Counted from the stretch's first letter, positions 52,111 through 62,068 are shown. The stretch is DNA of 64,000 nucleotides from Spirochaetia bacterium (GCA_038204425.1 JBBRCZ010000014.1:1-64000); one strand, 5' to 3'. Numbers and translations are program-made. Notes: a model not told the origin generated them from the letters alone.

Positions 52111-52992
52111 ATGACTAATAGAAGACTAACATACAGTTTGTTATAAAAAATACTTTCTTTTTCTCTATGCACTCTGGTTACGCTATTCCTCAGTTCTTGC
52201 GTATCGGTTATTGCAGCTGCCCCGGTTGGCCACTCTCGATCTGCAGTGCCACTTGGACTAGATCCAGACGCAATTGCTGGGCAAGGCCAAGTTTGGCTTC
52301 ACGCTTCGGTGGATTTAGAGCTACCAGGCAGCATAGTAGACCAAAGTAATTACACAGTACCGCAACGTTCTTTCCTTGGAAGCAGTGAAATTTTTGCAAG
52401 ATTTGGTGGCTTGTTTCTCTACACTGAGCCCCAAGTCTTTGGTGATGCTCAGATATTTGGCGTCCTGAGTGGCTTTTACCAGCAATTAGATTTGAAGACA
52501 GGAAACGTAATCAAGCAGGTTGATTCGGCCGGGGTCATCGTTAACTTAGGAGCGCGGCTTCTATTTGGAAGTTCTGATGATGTGGTACGGTTTGGGACTA
52601 TGAGTCAAATTTTCTATTCCTATGAAGCCGGTGCTTGGCCTGAATTGCGGCGCGCCTTGGACGGCACCGATGGCGGCAATCCCCAAGCTTACTTTATTAA
52701 CTTTAGTCCTACCGGCCATGGTTTTGGTTTTGCCGGTGGAGGGATTTTGCCAATTCGGCTTGATCGCGGCACCTACCTTACCCCAAACTTCGTTGCAGAA
52801 CTCTATTATTCTGATTTTATCAGTTCTGATGAATCCGATCCATTATTTTACTCGATGAGTACTAACTTTGGCTTGGCACTCGACATGCCGTGGCTTCAAA
52901 TTTGGGCAGAAGCTGGGTACAATGTTCTTTCGCCATTTTTTGGTCTTGGAACCTGGACTGCAAGGGCCGGCGCTTCATTTCGTGTCTTCTAG
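52111..52992 (+). pseudogene. Putative outer-membrane lipoprotein/beta-barrel gene with an in-frame TAA at codon 12
   Basis: MTNRRLTYSLL*KILSFSLCTLVTLFLSSC is in frame with the 52246 ORF; C-terminus GASFRVF. Confidence 0.6.
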
Positions 52993-53874
52993 GTCAAAGA
53001 CTCCTGTGCTGAGGTAGCGGTCGCCACGGTCGCACATGATAACGACGATCACTGCGTTGTGGACTTCTTTGTCAATCTGGAGTGCTGCCCAGACATTGCC
53101 CCCCGACGAGATGCCGGCCAAGATGCCTTCTTGACTTGCCAGCAATCTGGTGCTGTCTTCGGCGGCTTGTGTACTGACAGGGATTATGCGGTCAAGTTGT
53201 TTGGGGTCATAGATTTTGGGCAAGTACTGGTCTGGCCACTTGCGTATGCCAGGAATGCAAGCGCCTTCGTCGGGCACTGCGCCAACTATTTGGATGGCAG
53301 GATTCTTGGTCTTTAGAAACAAAGCTGTGCCCATTAAGGTGCCGGTGGTTCCGGTAGAGGCTACAAAATGGGTCACTTTGCCGCTAGTTTGTTGCCATAT
53401 TTCTGGCCCAGTGCCAATAAAATGGGACTTTGGATTGTCGGGATTGGCAAACTGATCAAGAATGATACCCCTACCAGCCGCTTCGAGCTCACGTGCTTTA
53501 TCAATGGCGGCTTCCATATTGCCTTCTTTGGGGGTCAACAGAATCTCGGCTCCGTAGGCAGCCATGGTTTGTCGTCGTTCGATGCTGGCGTTCTCAGGCA
53601 TGATAAGTGTCATTTTATAGCCAAGCACGGCTGCCACCATGGCCAAGGCGATGCCCGTGTTACCACTGGTGGCTTCGATTAATCGGTCTCCGGGCTGTAT
53701 GCGGCCAGATTCTTGAGCGCCACGAATCATCTCAAGCGCCGGCCTGTCTTTGACTGAGCCGGCCGGATTATTTCCTTCTAGCTTTAGGACGATAAAGTTG
53801 TTGCCGGTGCCTAGTTTCTGAAGTTGTGCGACGGGGCTATGGCCAACCAGGTCAATGATGCTCGGAAATTTCAT
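52975..53874 (-). CDS. cysM: Cysteine synthase B
   Basis: KLEGNNPAGSVKDR, EATSGNTG, IPGIRKWP, CDRGDRYLS. Confidence 0.9.
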   Translation of the reverse strand: MKFPSIIDLVGHSPVAQLQKLGTGNNFIVLKLEGNNPAGSVKDRPALEMIRGAQESGRIQPGDRLIEATSGNTGIALAMVAAVLGYKMTLIMPENASIERRQTMAAYGAEILLTPKEGNMEAAIDKARELEAAGRGIILDQFANPDNPKSHFIGTGPEIWQQTSGKVTHFVASTGTTGTLMGTALFLKTKNPAIQIVGAVPDEGACIPGIRKWPDQYLPKIYDPKQLDRIIPVSTQAAEDSTRLLASQEGILAGISSGGNVWAALQIDKEVHNAVIVVIMCDRGDRYLSTGVFDLEDTK

Positions 53875-53898
53875 GATATAGCCCCCGTTGTCTATATT

Positions 53899-54318
53899 TT
53901 AGTCCTTAAGTTTTGGCTTTAACAAACCAAACAAGAAGGCTCCAATCAGTGCACCGGCCAAGATAAACAGGGCTGGCCATTGAAGATTGCCAAGCAAAGC
54001 ATAGATTGGACCAGGGCAGGCAGTAGTAAGGTACCAACCGACACCAAAAATCAATCCGCCAAAGATTATGCCTGGTCTAAACGGTCGGTCTTTGACTTGG
54101 TAGTCTTGGCCGCCAATGTCTTTTTTGGTGATTGCTTTTAGAATTAGTGTGCTCACTAGTCCTACTGCAACTGCACTGGCAATAACCAAATAGAGATGAG
54201 GCTCTGCAAAGGCAAACATACGGCGAATGCGCACAAATGAGATAAGCTGAGCCTTGCTTAGACCTATAGCAAAAGCGACGCCGAGACCCAAAAGTATCGG
54301 ATATTTCCACCACTTCAT
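53899..54318 (-). CDS. YeeE/YedE-family sulfur transporter subunit
   Basis: FGGLIFGVGW..ACPGP; four TM segments. Confidence 0.85.
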   Translation of the reverse strand: MKWWKYPILLGLGVAFAIGLSKAQLISFVRIRRMFAFAEPHLYLVIASAVAVGLVSTLILKAITKKDIGGQDYQVKDRPFRPGIIFGGLIFGVGWYLTTACPGPIYALLGNLQWPALFILAGALIGAFLFGLLKPKLKD

Positions 54319-54818
54319 GGTACTATCCCTCCAAAGAACATTCGATGTACAAAGCTGGCGGCTACCCCACCGGCTACAAAGCAAATTGAGGCGATAAGTG
54401 AAGATAGCTTAAGCTGTGAAATGCCATTTATGGTATGGCCTGAGGTACAACCATCTGCCCAACGTGTGCCAAAGCCAACCAAAATGCCACCAAAAAACAA
54501 GGTTAGTATGCCTTCCCAACTGCTGCCCGCATTGTCAGGCATCAGTTGAATTCCAGCTCCACCTAACCATTGTTGGGTAACAAAACCACCAAACAATAGT
54601 CCAAGAACAAAGACCAACTGCCAACTGCCTTCCTTCTTCCAATCGTAGTTGAAGTAAGTGAGCTTAGTTTTGGTTCTCTGTGGCAGCAGGATCGAGCAAG
54701 CGTGTCTAAAACTTGATGAAATGCCAAGCTCTTTGCCGGCAAGCAGCAAGAACGCAGGTACAAAAAGGCCAATAATTGGGCCTGCGATGTACCAAGGAAG
54801 TGGATCATTGATTTCCAT
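54315..54818 (-). CDS. YeeE/YedE-family sulfur transporter subunit
   Basis: PWY.AG, GISS, GFGTRWADGCTSGH. Confidence 0.88.
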   Translation of the reverse strand: MEINDPLPWYIAGPIIGLFVPAFLLLAGKELGISSSFRHACSILLPQRTKTKLTYFNYDWKKEGSWQLVFVLGLLFGGFVTQQWLGGAGIQLMPDNAGSSWEGILTLFFGGILVGFGTRWADGCTSGHTINGISQLKLSSLIASICFVAGGVAASFVHRMFFGGIVP

Positions 54819-54846
54819 AAGAGACTCCTTCTTTTTACATGCTATT

Positions 54847-56607
54847 CTACTCTACTGAGTTTGTCAACAATGGAATGCTGATGCAAACAGAAGTTCCTTG
54901 TGCAACTTCACTTAAAATTTCTAGATGGGCGGATGTTCCGTAGGTCAATAGCAATCGTTGACGAACATTGTAGACACCGTAGCCCAAAGAAGCGTCTTCG
55001 CTTGAAATAAGTTCGTGCAAAGTGGCAGCGTCCATACCGCAGCCATCGTCGCTGACGGTAAGCAGAACATTGCTTTCAAATTTGCGAGCGCTGATTTTGA
55101 GGTGCAGAGGCGCGTCGGTTCCGCCATGTTCGACTGAGTTTTCTGCAAAGGGCTGCAAGATCATCTTTGGACAGCACATCTCACGCAGGTCGTCGGGCAA
55201 GTCCAAGCTGTAGAAGAATAAGTGCTCACGTTTGATTGCTTGAACTTCGCACCAGGCTTTACAAATTTCAAATTCTTGCGCTAGTTGGATCATCTCCATG
55301 CCCTTGGACAAACCCAAACGATAGAATTTTGCCAATGATAGAACCATTTTGTGGACATTGTCACCTTTGCCAAGACGCGAAAGGCGGCTGATTGAAGACA
55401 ATGAGTTGTAGAGAAAGTGCGGATTTATTTGAGCTTGCAGTAAATTGATGGTGGCTTGCTTACGTTCCAGCTCGACTTGGTAAACGCGCTCAATTAGTGT
55501 CTCTATGGTAAGTGAGGCGGCGTTAAATGCGCGAGCAATTTTGCCAAACTCATCGTCACCACTGGGCAAGGGAATTTTGACTTTAAAGTCTCCATCTTCA
55601 AACGCTTTGAGAGAGACTACAATTTGGTCGATGCGGCGCGAAAAATAACGCGAAAAAATTAAGCTTGCTGTAGTGCTGATAGCGAGAACCAGACCAGCGA
55701 TGATTATGCTTGCGCTCAGCATGCCCGACAAGCCTTGGTAGACAAAAAACTGGGGTGTCAGCAGTTCCATAACCCAGTCACTATCGGGGATAGGTCGCGA
55801 GAGTAATGGTGTGCCTAAAGGACTGTCAGAGTCCCCTATTGAAGAGAAAACGATAGCGCCAGCAGCGTCGCGAATTCTAAAACTCGAGCCAATTGGCCGG
55901 TTTTCGGTGAGTTCGGAAAAAAGTGTGCTGGCTTGTACCCTGGCTCTAACTCGTCCGTGGTAAGCAAGATCGTTGACGCTAATGATCTGCCGATATAGTG
56001 ACAAACTCTCATTTTTGACGTCGGTCGCGTCACGTTCCCAGACAAACTGGATGTCCAAGTAATCACTGTCAGGGGTCGCCGAGCTGTTAGCAGTCTTTAG
56101 ATGGCGAATCTCCAGAAAGCTGCCGCGTAAAAAGGGAGAAGGATTGTTGTTGGCAAAGTATACTTGCGGAAGCCTTTTTTCTGTCAGCTCAAGCGTCACC
56201 CAAACGGTAATTGGACTGGACATCAAAATGGCCTGCACGTTGGGAAACAAATTGCTCTTGAGGCGGATATTGGTCATGGCTAGGTCGTTGGGGTTGGAAA
56301 CGATAAACTGCAAGTCTTTGTTGAGGCTAATCTCAGTGCAGATCCTGCGCAACTCCCGTATTCGATAGGTTGCCGCTTCGGCGGATTGGCCAAGCAACGT
56401 TTCTGCATCCTTCTGAATCAAAGAAATATTGGCGTCGCGCAGGGCCACAACCGACCAAGTTCCTAAGGTCAGGATGGTAAAGAGTGTAATGATGATTGAT
56501 GAGAAGGCGATTTGCCTGCCAATCTTGCCGCGCAGCCATGGGAAGTTCCAAATCACGACAAAGTCCCTCCAGGATCCAACTTTGGCATGGTATACTAGGC
56601 CCAGCAA
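54847..56607 (-). CDS. YesM-type sensor histidine kinase (start uncertain)
   Basis: Two TM segments, HAMP, LQAQINPHFLYNSL, LQP..EN..EHG, DDG.GM, G.GV.NV. Confidence 0.9.
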   Translation of the reverse strand: MLGLVYHAKVGSWRDFVVIWNFPWLRGKIGRQIAFSSIIITLFTILTLGTWSVVALRDANISLIQKDAETLLGQSAEAATYRIRELRRICTEISLNKDLQFIVSNPNDLAMTNIRLKSNLFPNVQAILMSSPITVWVTLELTEKRLPQVYFANNNPSPFLRGSFLEIRHLKTANSSATPDSDYLDIQFVWERDATDVKNESLSLYRQIISVNDLAYHGRVRARVQASTLFSELTENRPIGSSFRIRDAAGAIVFSSIGDSDSPLGTPLLSRPIPDSDWVMELLTPQFFVYQGLSGMLSASIIIAGLVLAISTTASLIFSRYFSRRIDQIVVSLKAFEDGDFKVKIPLPSGDDEFGKIARAFNAASLTIETLIERVYQVELERKQATINLLQAQINPHFLYNSLSSISRLSRLGKGDNVHKMVLSLAKFYRLGLSKGMEMIQLAQEFEICKAWCEVQAIKREHLFFYSLDLPDDLREMCCPKMILQPFAENSVEHGGTDAPLHLKISARKFESNVLLTVSDDGCGMDAATLHELISSEDASLGYGVYNVRQRLLLTYGTSAHLEILSEVAQGTSVCISIPLLTNSVE

Positions 56608-56636
56608 TTTTGTACAGGAGAAGTAAACTCAGACCT

Positions 56637-58484
56637 ATGGAAAAGCAAAGCCAAACAATTTTAGTAACGGTACACAGCGACTTAAGTCAAGTCTTTAAAG
56701 AAGCACAAACACTCTTGCAAGACGGAGTCGAACTTGAGCTTGTTTTTGCTAGTGGGACCTACTATTGCCCTTCATTAAGCATCGACATGAGCGATTGCCC
56801 CGAGCAGGCAAGACTTGTTTTAACTGGTTATCCAAATGGACAAACGATTTTGAGCGGTGCACAAGTCTTAGCGAGTGTTGACTGGCAGGATGAGGGGCTG
56901 GGTTTGTTTAGTTGCAACTGGCCAGGTGACGGTAAACTGCGGGCCGATCCTTGGTTTCCAAGCAAGCAAGCCATTGGACTACGGAGCGAAATGTTAACAA
57001 TTAACGGCCGCCAGTTTAAACCACGCGATCTTGAAGACTATGAGCTAAACGGTTTTTGGAATGTAGAAACGCCTCAGCACCAACGAACAACGCTTGAGCA
57101 CAAGCTTAAGCTTGGACTTGATCCGCACCTGCTTGTAGCTGGTGAGTTTGGCATCGTAGCCGGGGCTGATGGTCAGGCACTGAGAGTCTATGTGCGCCTT
57201 GGCGAGGCCCAAGAGCACCACTCAAATCCTTGTCGCAAGCAAGTTTTGGTTGAAGCAGCACTCAATAGTCGCCTTCTGACTTTTACCAATGCGCACCATC
57301 TTACTTGTAAGAACTTAACGTTTACAATGTGTGCTGGACAGCCGGCCGAGGGCTTTGAGACACCCGTTAAGTTTCTTGCCAAGAGCCGCTTGGTAGCTTT
57401 TGAGCATTGCAATTTTGTCTGGAACTCAGGTTTTGGACTCAATATTGAGGGACTTGACGACCTAAGTTTTGAGTCGTGTGCTTTTAACCACAACGGTTAC
57501 GGAGGCCTTGGTCTTGGCTCCATAAATAATCTGACTATAAATTCTTGTGAAAGCAGCTACAATGATTGGCGCAATGTGTGGGGTGGCGATTTTGTTAATT
57601 GCCATTGTACGGCAGGCATCAAGGCGCATCGCGTCGCTAAGGCGGTGGTCAGTAATCATCGTTCTTGCGCCAACGCTGTTAATGGCATTTGGTTTGACGT
57701 CTATTGTTCTGACGTGCTAGTCAAGGATAGTCTTTGTTTGTTGAATGGCCGAGAAGGCTTGTTTTTTGAACTGTCAGAAGGCCCCTTTGAAGCCTACAAC
57801 AATCTGTTGCTTGCAAACGGTGAACATGGCCTAATTGTGGATGTCGTTGGCAGAAGCTTTTGTCATCACAACCTTGTGGTGGCAATCAACGTCGACGGTT
57901 TGCCAGGTAGTACGCGCGGCGCGGTGGATTTTGGTCAAGGTTTGCGCTACAATGAGCATAGCAATCAGAATATGGTCCCGGGTTTGGAGCATATCTTTAA
58001 GGATAACCTGGTGTTTGGGACGGATGGCAGCGGAGCGCTTATGGCTTTGCACAATCGAGTCTTGTTGCGCGACCAAGCCGCGGATAATGCCTACCAAATC
58101 TTTTGGCATTGTTTTGAGTTTGGCAACAATAGTTTTCAGCTAGCCAGTGGAGCAAACCAAACACGAGCCTTTGTGATAGAGGATAGTCGAACTGCGGTGA
58201 TTAAGCGTTTTGGTATTGAGCAATGGCAGCTTACCGAGTTTGTCGGCGCGAGCGACGACCGTTTGACTGACGTGGGTCTTGTTGACCCGCAAGGCTTTGA
58301 CTGCAGACGGCGAGACCAGCTAGCGCAGCCGAGTGTCATGCCGTTTGTAAAAATAGATGATGAGTTGCTATCCTATTGTCTAACTTGGTACCAATGTCTT
58401 GGTTTTGAACTATCATACGAAGGACTTAGCACGTTTACGAGTGGACGAGCACATGGTTTACAATTTTTTGGCCTGGAGATGTAA
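56637..58484 (+). CDS. Right-handed parallel beta-helix protein, possible glycan-active enzyme
   Basis: SD AGGAG; GTY, ILSGA, GIK.H, NGIWFD, GLFFELS repeats; no signal peptide. Confidence 0.75.
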   Translation: MEKQSQTILVTVHSDLSQVFKEAQTLLQDGVELELVFASGTYYCPSLSIDMSDCPEQARLVLTGYPNGQTILSGAQVLASVDWQDEGLGLFSCNWPGDGKLRADPWFPSKQAIGLRSEMLTINGRQFKPRDLEDYELNGFWNVETPQHQRTTLEHKLKLGLDPHLLVAGEFGIVAGADGQALRVYVRLGEAQEHHSNPCRKQVLVEAALNSRLLTFTNAHHLTCKNLTFTMCAGQPAEGFETPVKFLAKSRLVAFEHCNFVWNSGFGLNIEGLDDLSFESCAFNHNGYGGLGLGSINNLTINSCESSYNDWRNVWGGDFVNCHCTAGIKAHRVAKAVVSNHRSCANAVNGIWFDVYCSDVLVKDSLCLLNGREGLFFELSEGPFEAYNNLLLANGEHGLIVDVVGRSFCHHNLVVAINVDGLPGSTRGAVDFGQGLRYNEHSNQNMVPGLEHIFKDNLVFGTDGSGALMALHNRVLLRDQAADNAYQIFWHCFEFGNNSFQLASGANQTRAFVIEDSRTAVIKRFGIEQWQLTEFVGASDDRLTDVGLVDPQGFDCRRRDQLAQPSVMPFVKIDDELLSYCLTWYQCLGFELSYEGLSTFTSGRAHGLQFFGLEM

Positions 58485-58486
58485 AA

Positions 58487-59635
58487 ATGAGCAAGAAGAA
58501 AGACTGCGGCTTTGCCGTGGTCGGTGCCGGCGGCCGCTTAACTGAGCTGACTAAACTGTTTGGCTGCGAGCAGGGCATACGTCTTATAGGCGCTTGGGAT
58601 CCCGAACCAGCGGCACTCTCCAAGATCATTAAGAGTGTTGATGCTTGGGCGGCTCGGGCTAAAAAATATGCCAACTATGAAGAGCTTTTGGCCGACCAAG
58701 ACGTTGACTGGGTTTTTGTAGGGTCTCCAAACTGTTACCATGCAGGCCAGATTTTGCAAGCTTTTGCGGCCGGTAAGCATGTTTTTGCCGAAAAACCTCT
58801 GGCTTTGACCGTAGAAGATTGCTTGGCTATCAGAGAGGCACACCACACTAGCAAGCGACTGTTTGCGACTGGTTTTACCCTGCGCTATTCGCCCTTGTAT
58901 CGCAAGGCAAAACAATTGGTGGCCAGTGGACTGATTGGCAAGCTGATAAGCATCGATGCCAACGAAAATCTCTCGCCGGGGCATGGCACTTATATAATGT
59001 CAAACTGGCGGCGACACATAGAAATTTCTGGGCCCAATGTCTTGGAAAAGTGTTGTCATGACTTGGATATCCTCAACTGGATATGCGACTCACTGCCGGT
59101 CAAAGTTGCGGCCTTTGGTGGCACCGACATTTTTGTGCCAGAAAATGCCGAGCTCTATGAGACTTCTAGTATGTTTCACGAATGGGACTATTTGCGCCAT
59201 GACGACGTTAATCCTTTTACCAGTGACAAGTCGATTGAAGACAATTTAGTGACAATTTTGCAATATGCCAACGGCGTGCGCGCCCAGTTTATGCTCACCA
59301 TGTGCAACCCAATTGCCGAACGTCGTATGTTTATTAGTGGAAGCAAAGGCACCATAATTCTTGACCTAGTTAAGTCCAACTTGATTGTGCGCACGCTGAC
59401 CGATGAGGCACAACGTGAGTACGTTGGCTTGGGTAAGAACCATGGCCATGCTGGCGGTGACGAAGTGATGACCGCTGAGCTCTCAAAGGTGATGCGCGGC
59501 GAGGGGGAGATTGTGTGTGGTGGTGACGAAGGCCTACGCAGCGCCGTAGTTGCAATTGCGATAGAAAAAGCACGCAGAGAAGACACCATAGTGCGCTTAG
59601 ATGAGGTCTGGAAGTCTTTGGGGGTCAGCTTCTAA
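58487..59635 (+). CDS. Gfo/Idh/MocA oxidoreductase
   Basis: VVGAGG, HVFAEKP, EKCCHD.D, HAGGD. Confidence 0.9.
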   Translation: MSKKKDCGFAVVGAGGRLTELTKLFGCEQGIRLIGAWDPEPAALSKIIKSVDAWAARAKKYANYEELLADQDVDWVFVGSPNCYHAGQILQAFAAGKHVFAEKPLALTVEDCLAIREAHHTSKRLFATGFTLRYSPLYRKAKQLVASGLIGKLISIDANENLSPGHGTYIMSNWRRHIEISGPNVLEKCCHDLDILNWICDSLPVKVAAFGGTDIFVPENAELYETSSMFHEWDYLRHDDVNPFTSDKSIEDNLVTILQYANGVRAQFMLTMCNPIAERRMFISGSKGTIILDLVKSNLIVRTLTDEAQREYVGLGKNHGHAGGDEVMTAELSKVMRGEGEIVCGGDEGLRSAVVAIAIEKARREDTIVRLDEVWKSLGVSF

Positions 59636-59638
59636 TGT

Positions 59639-60622
59639 TTAGTTGACGGTGCAGGCAAGTATAAAAGCAAGGTCAGCATAGGCTTTGGCAAAAGTGCTGT
59701 GCGGTTTTTTGCCTTGCGTTATTGCTTGGTAAAAGTCTCTAAACTCAGCTTCAAATCCCCAGTCATCGCTTAGGTCTTCTTCGTGGATGCTATCGTCTGC
59801 CTTCTTTAGAGTGAGTAAGTTGTGCTCAAAAGTGAGCGTGCCTGCGCTGCCCAAGATTATCAATTGATTTTGTTCGTGAGCGACGACACTAAAACCCAAG
59901 CTGAGACTGCCGTGCAGGCCAGACTGACTTACAAAGTGGCACATCATGCAGTCAGTGCTACCAATGGCCGGGTTAACGCAGTCACTAAAACTTGACAGCA
60001 GCTCAAGCGGGCCAAGTAAGTCATGTAACGCTGCCACATCATGCACGCCGGCATCAGTGATAAAACCACCTTGATAGACGTGATTCTTGCGCCAGCTAGT
60101 TTGAGCGTATTTATTATCATCTTCTATCTTGGTTAAATGACGCCATTGCACTAAATATGGCCTGCCAATGCTTCCGTTGGCGATTAGTTCTTTTATTCGT
60201 CCAATAAAGCGACGGTAGCGTACGTTTTCGGCAACCATCGCCACTTGGTGAGGGAAGTTCTTTTCTAAGTCTAACAAAGCTGCTGCACTATTTAGGTTTT
60301 CTGCCAAAGGTTTTTCACAGATCACGTGCTTGCCAGCGCGAAGACTATCCCGGATGACTGGAGCGTTGAGCTCGACAGGTAGGGCAATATTGACGGCCGC
60401 AATCTCTGGGTTTGCCAAAATGTTTTGATAGTCCGTGCTGCAAGCCGGTTCTTTGCCGGTAGAGCTGCCAATCAACTTGGCAAAGGACAGGGCCTTGGCT
60501 GGGCTGCGATTGCATACTTCAACGATCTCAAAGCAATCGCTGAGATTTTTTAAGGCTGGCCAATGTAGGTCATTGGCGGCAATGCCACAGCCAATTATGC
60601 CAAGCTTAACGCGGCCACTCAT
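59639..60622 (-). CDS. Gfo/Idh/MocA oxidoreductase
   Basis: GIIGCG, HVICEKP, DAGVH. Confidence 0.9.
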   Translation of the reverse strand: MSGRVKLGIIGCGIAANDLHWPALKNLSDCFEIVEVCNRSPAKALSFAKLIGSSTGKEPACSTDYQNILANPEIAAVNIALPVELNAPVIRDSLRAGKHVICEKPLAENLNSAAALLDLEKNFPHQVAMVAENVRYRRFIGRIKELIANGSIGRPYLVQWRHLTKIEDDNKYAQTSWRKNHVYQGGFITDAGVHDVAALHDLLGPLELLSSFSDCVNPAIGSTDCMMCHFVSQSGLHGSLSLGFSVVAHEQNQLIILGSAGTLTFEHNLLTLKKADDSIHEEDLSDDWGFEAEFRDFYQAITQGKKPHSTFAKAYADLAFILACTVN

Positions 60623-61377
60623 TGGCCAAGTCCTTGAGGGCGAGCTGTGCCCGTGTCACTCAATGGCAGATAGCTATGACGCACACAGCCAGCTTGGTCA
60701 AAATCCAAAATGACCACGTGGTTGCCAGTACTTTTGCTAAGCTGCTTGGGGTCTAACTTGGCACCCGCGCCGCCGGTGACCACTAGAGGGTAGTCGTCAA
60801 CAGTTGTTTGATAGTAGCCGCGATGATGCCCGCAGACAATTAGATCAATATTGGGACGGAAGATATCTAAAAGTTGTCGCAACTTGTTCCATTGGGCCAG
60901 ATCCATGGTTTGGTCGTCCAGGTTATTGGGTGGTGGCTGATGAAAAAAAACGACGATGTGGGGTCGGTGATGGTTGGCCAACATCGATTGTGCAAAGTCT
61001 AGCGTTTCTTGGTCAAAACTTCCCTTGCCATTGTCCAAAAATAGTAGCAAAAGTTGGTCAGTATGCAAAATGTAATTGCGCAAACCAAAGTAGTCACGAT
61101 AGTGGCTGGTGTCGTGTCTGCCACAAAGCGCGTAGACCACAACTGGCGCAAAGTTGTTGATAAAGCTACTAACGCTCTGGTAATGCGCGTGAATGCCACG
61201 CTGAACCAGATCACCCAAAATCACGATGCCATCGGACTCGCAAGCCGTGAGTGCTTTTTCGAAGGTGCTCATGGTGACAGGCCCCAGTCCATCGCAACCA
61301 GGCGCACCAAGCAAGGTAAGTTTGGAAATAGTATTGATACGATTGACTTGGTGGGTAATTTTTCTCACGCCTTGCAT
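60619..61377 (-). CDS. Calcineurin-like metallophosphoesterase with atypical motifs
   Basis: LGDLV, GRHD, FFHQPP, CGHH, VTGGAG. Confidence 0.75.
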   Translation of the reverse strand: MQGVRKITHQVNRINTISKLTLLGAPGCDGLGPVTMSTFEKALTACESDGIVILGDLVQRGIHAHYQSVSSFINNFAPVVVYALCGRHDTSHYRDYFGLRNYILHTDQLLLLFLDNGKGSFDQETLDFAQSMLANHHRPHIVVFFHQPPPNNLDDQTMDLAQWNKLRQLLDIFRPNIDLIVCGHHRGYYQTTVDDYPLVVTGGAGAKLDPKQLSKSTGNHVVILDFDQAGCVRHSYLPLSDTGTARPQGLGQ

Positions 61378-61482
61378 ATGATTTGCATCCTACTACATTT
61401 TGACAAACCTTTAACAGACTGCGGGCCGCAAGCGCAGCAAGGCCTCTTTGAAGCGCTTGGCGAACGATGCTATAGTTCTGCC

Positions 61483-61929
61483 ATGAACGTCAACGACTTA
61501 CTAGCTTGGTTGAACAACAAAGCAGAGTTTAGCTTCTCTAGATCCTCAGGTCCTGGCGGACAGAACGTCAACAAAGTTAACTCCAAGTCGACCATACGGG
61601 TTGACCTATCCACAATCGAAGGCGTCACTGCAGAAGAGCGAATACGTCTTTTAGAAAAACTTGGACAACGGCTGGTAGGTGGAAGTATTACGGCTGATGG
61701 AACCGTGGTGCCGGGCACCGAACTGCTCATTCAAGTTCAGGACGAACGAAGTCAGCTGCAAAACCGCGCCATTGCGGTTGAGCGGTCCTTGGCGCTTATA
61801 GTGAGAGCTCTGCATCGAGAAAAACCTAGGCGCGCAACCAAGCCCAGCCGAGCCAGCAAAGAGCGCCGAGTAGCCGCCAAAAAAGTGATCGGCGAGCATA
61901 AGAAGAATCGCCGACCGCCCGTAGAGTGA
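61483..61929 (+). CDS. arfB: Alternative ribosome-rescue factor ArfB
   Basis: RSSGPGGQNVNKV, ERSQ..NR, basic tail RRATKP. Confidence 0.92.
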   Translation: MNVNDLLAWLNNKAEFSFSRSSGPGGQNVNKVNSKSTIRVDLSTIEGVTAEERIRLLEKLGQRLVGGSITADGTVVPGTELLIQVQDERSQLQNRAIAVERSLALIVRALHREKPRRATKPSRASKERRVAAKKVIGEHKKNRRPPVE

Positions 61930-62068
61930 GTGCGCAATTACATTGCTGGTAAATGTCAATATTGTGTCAAAGATCCGAAGGATCGACTGCACATGTGACT
62001 AGAGTCCAATGGACTCGACTTGACTACGGATATCACAATGGCGAATACTATTTCTTTAGGAGAATCTG

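Noticed and set aside
52144..52146. Stop-codon reassignment explaining the in-frame TAA here and the TAG at 22890
   Set aside because: TAA and TAG end many conserved genes in this window (rpsJ, tuf), so the code is standard
61054..61482. N-terminal extension on ArfB (291-aa ORF)
   Set aside because: Overlaps the opposite-strand phosphoesterase; promoter and homology support the start at 61483
61994..62025. TGTGACTAGAGTCC and GAGTCCAATGGACTC upstream of the DOMON gene as a second Crp box
   Set aside because: Right half-site is imperfect and the spacing to the -10 box is non-canonical
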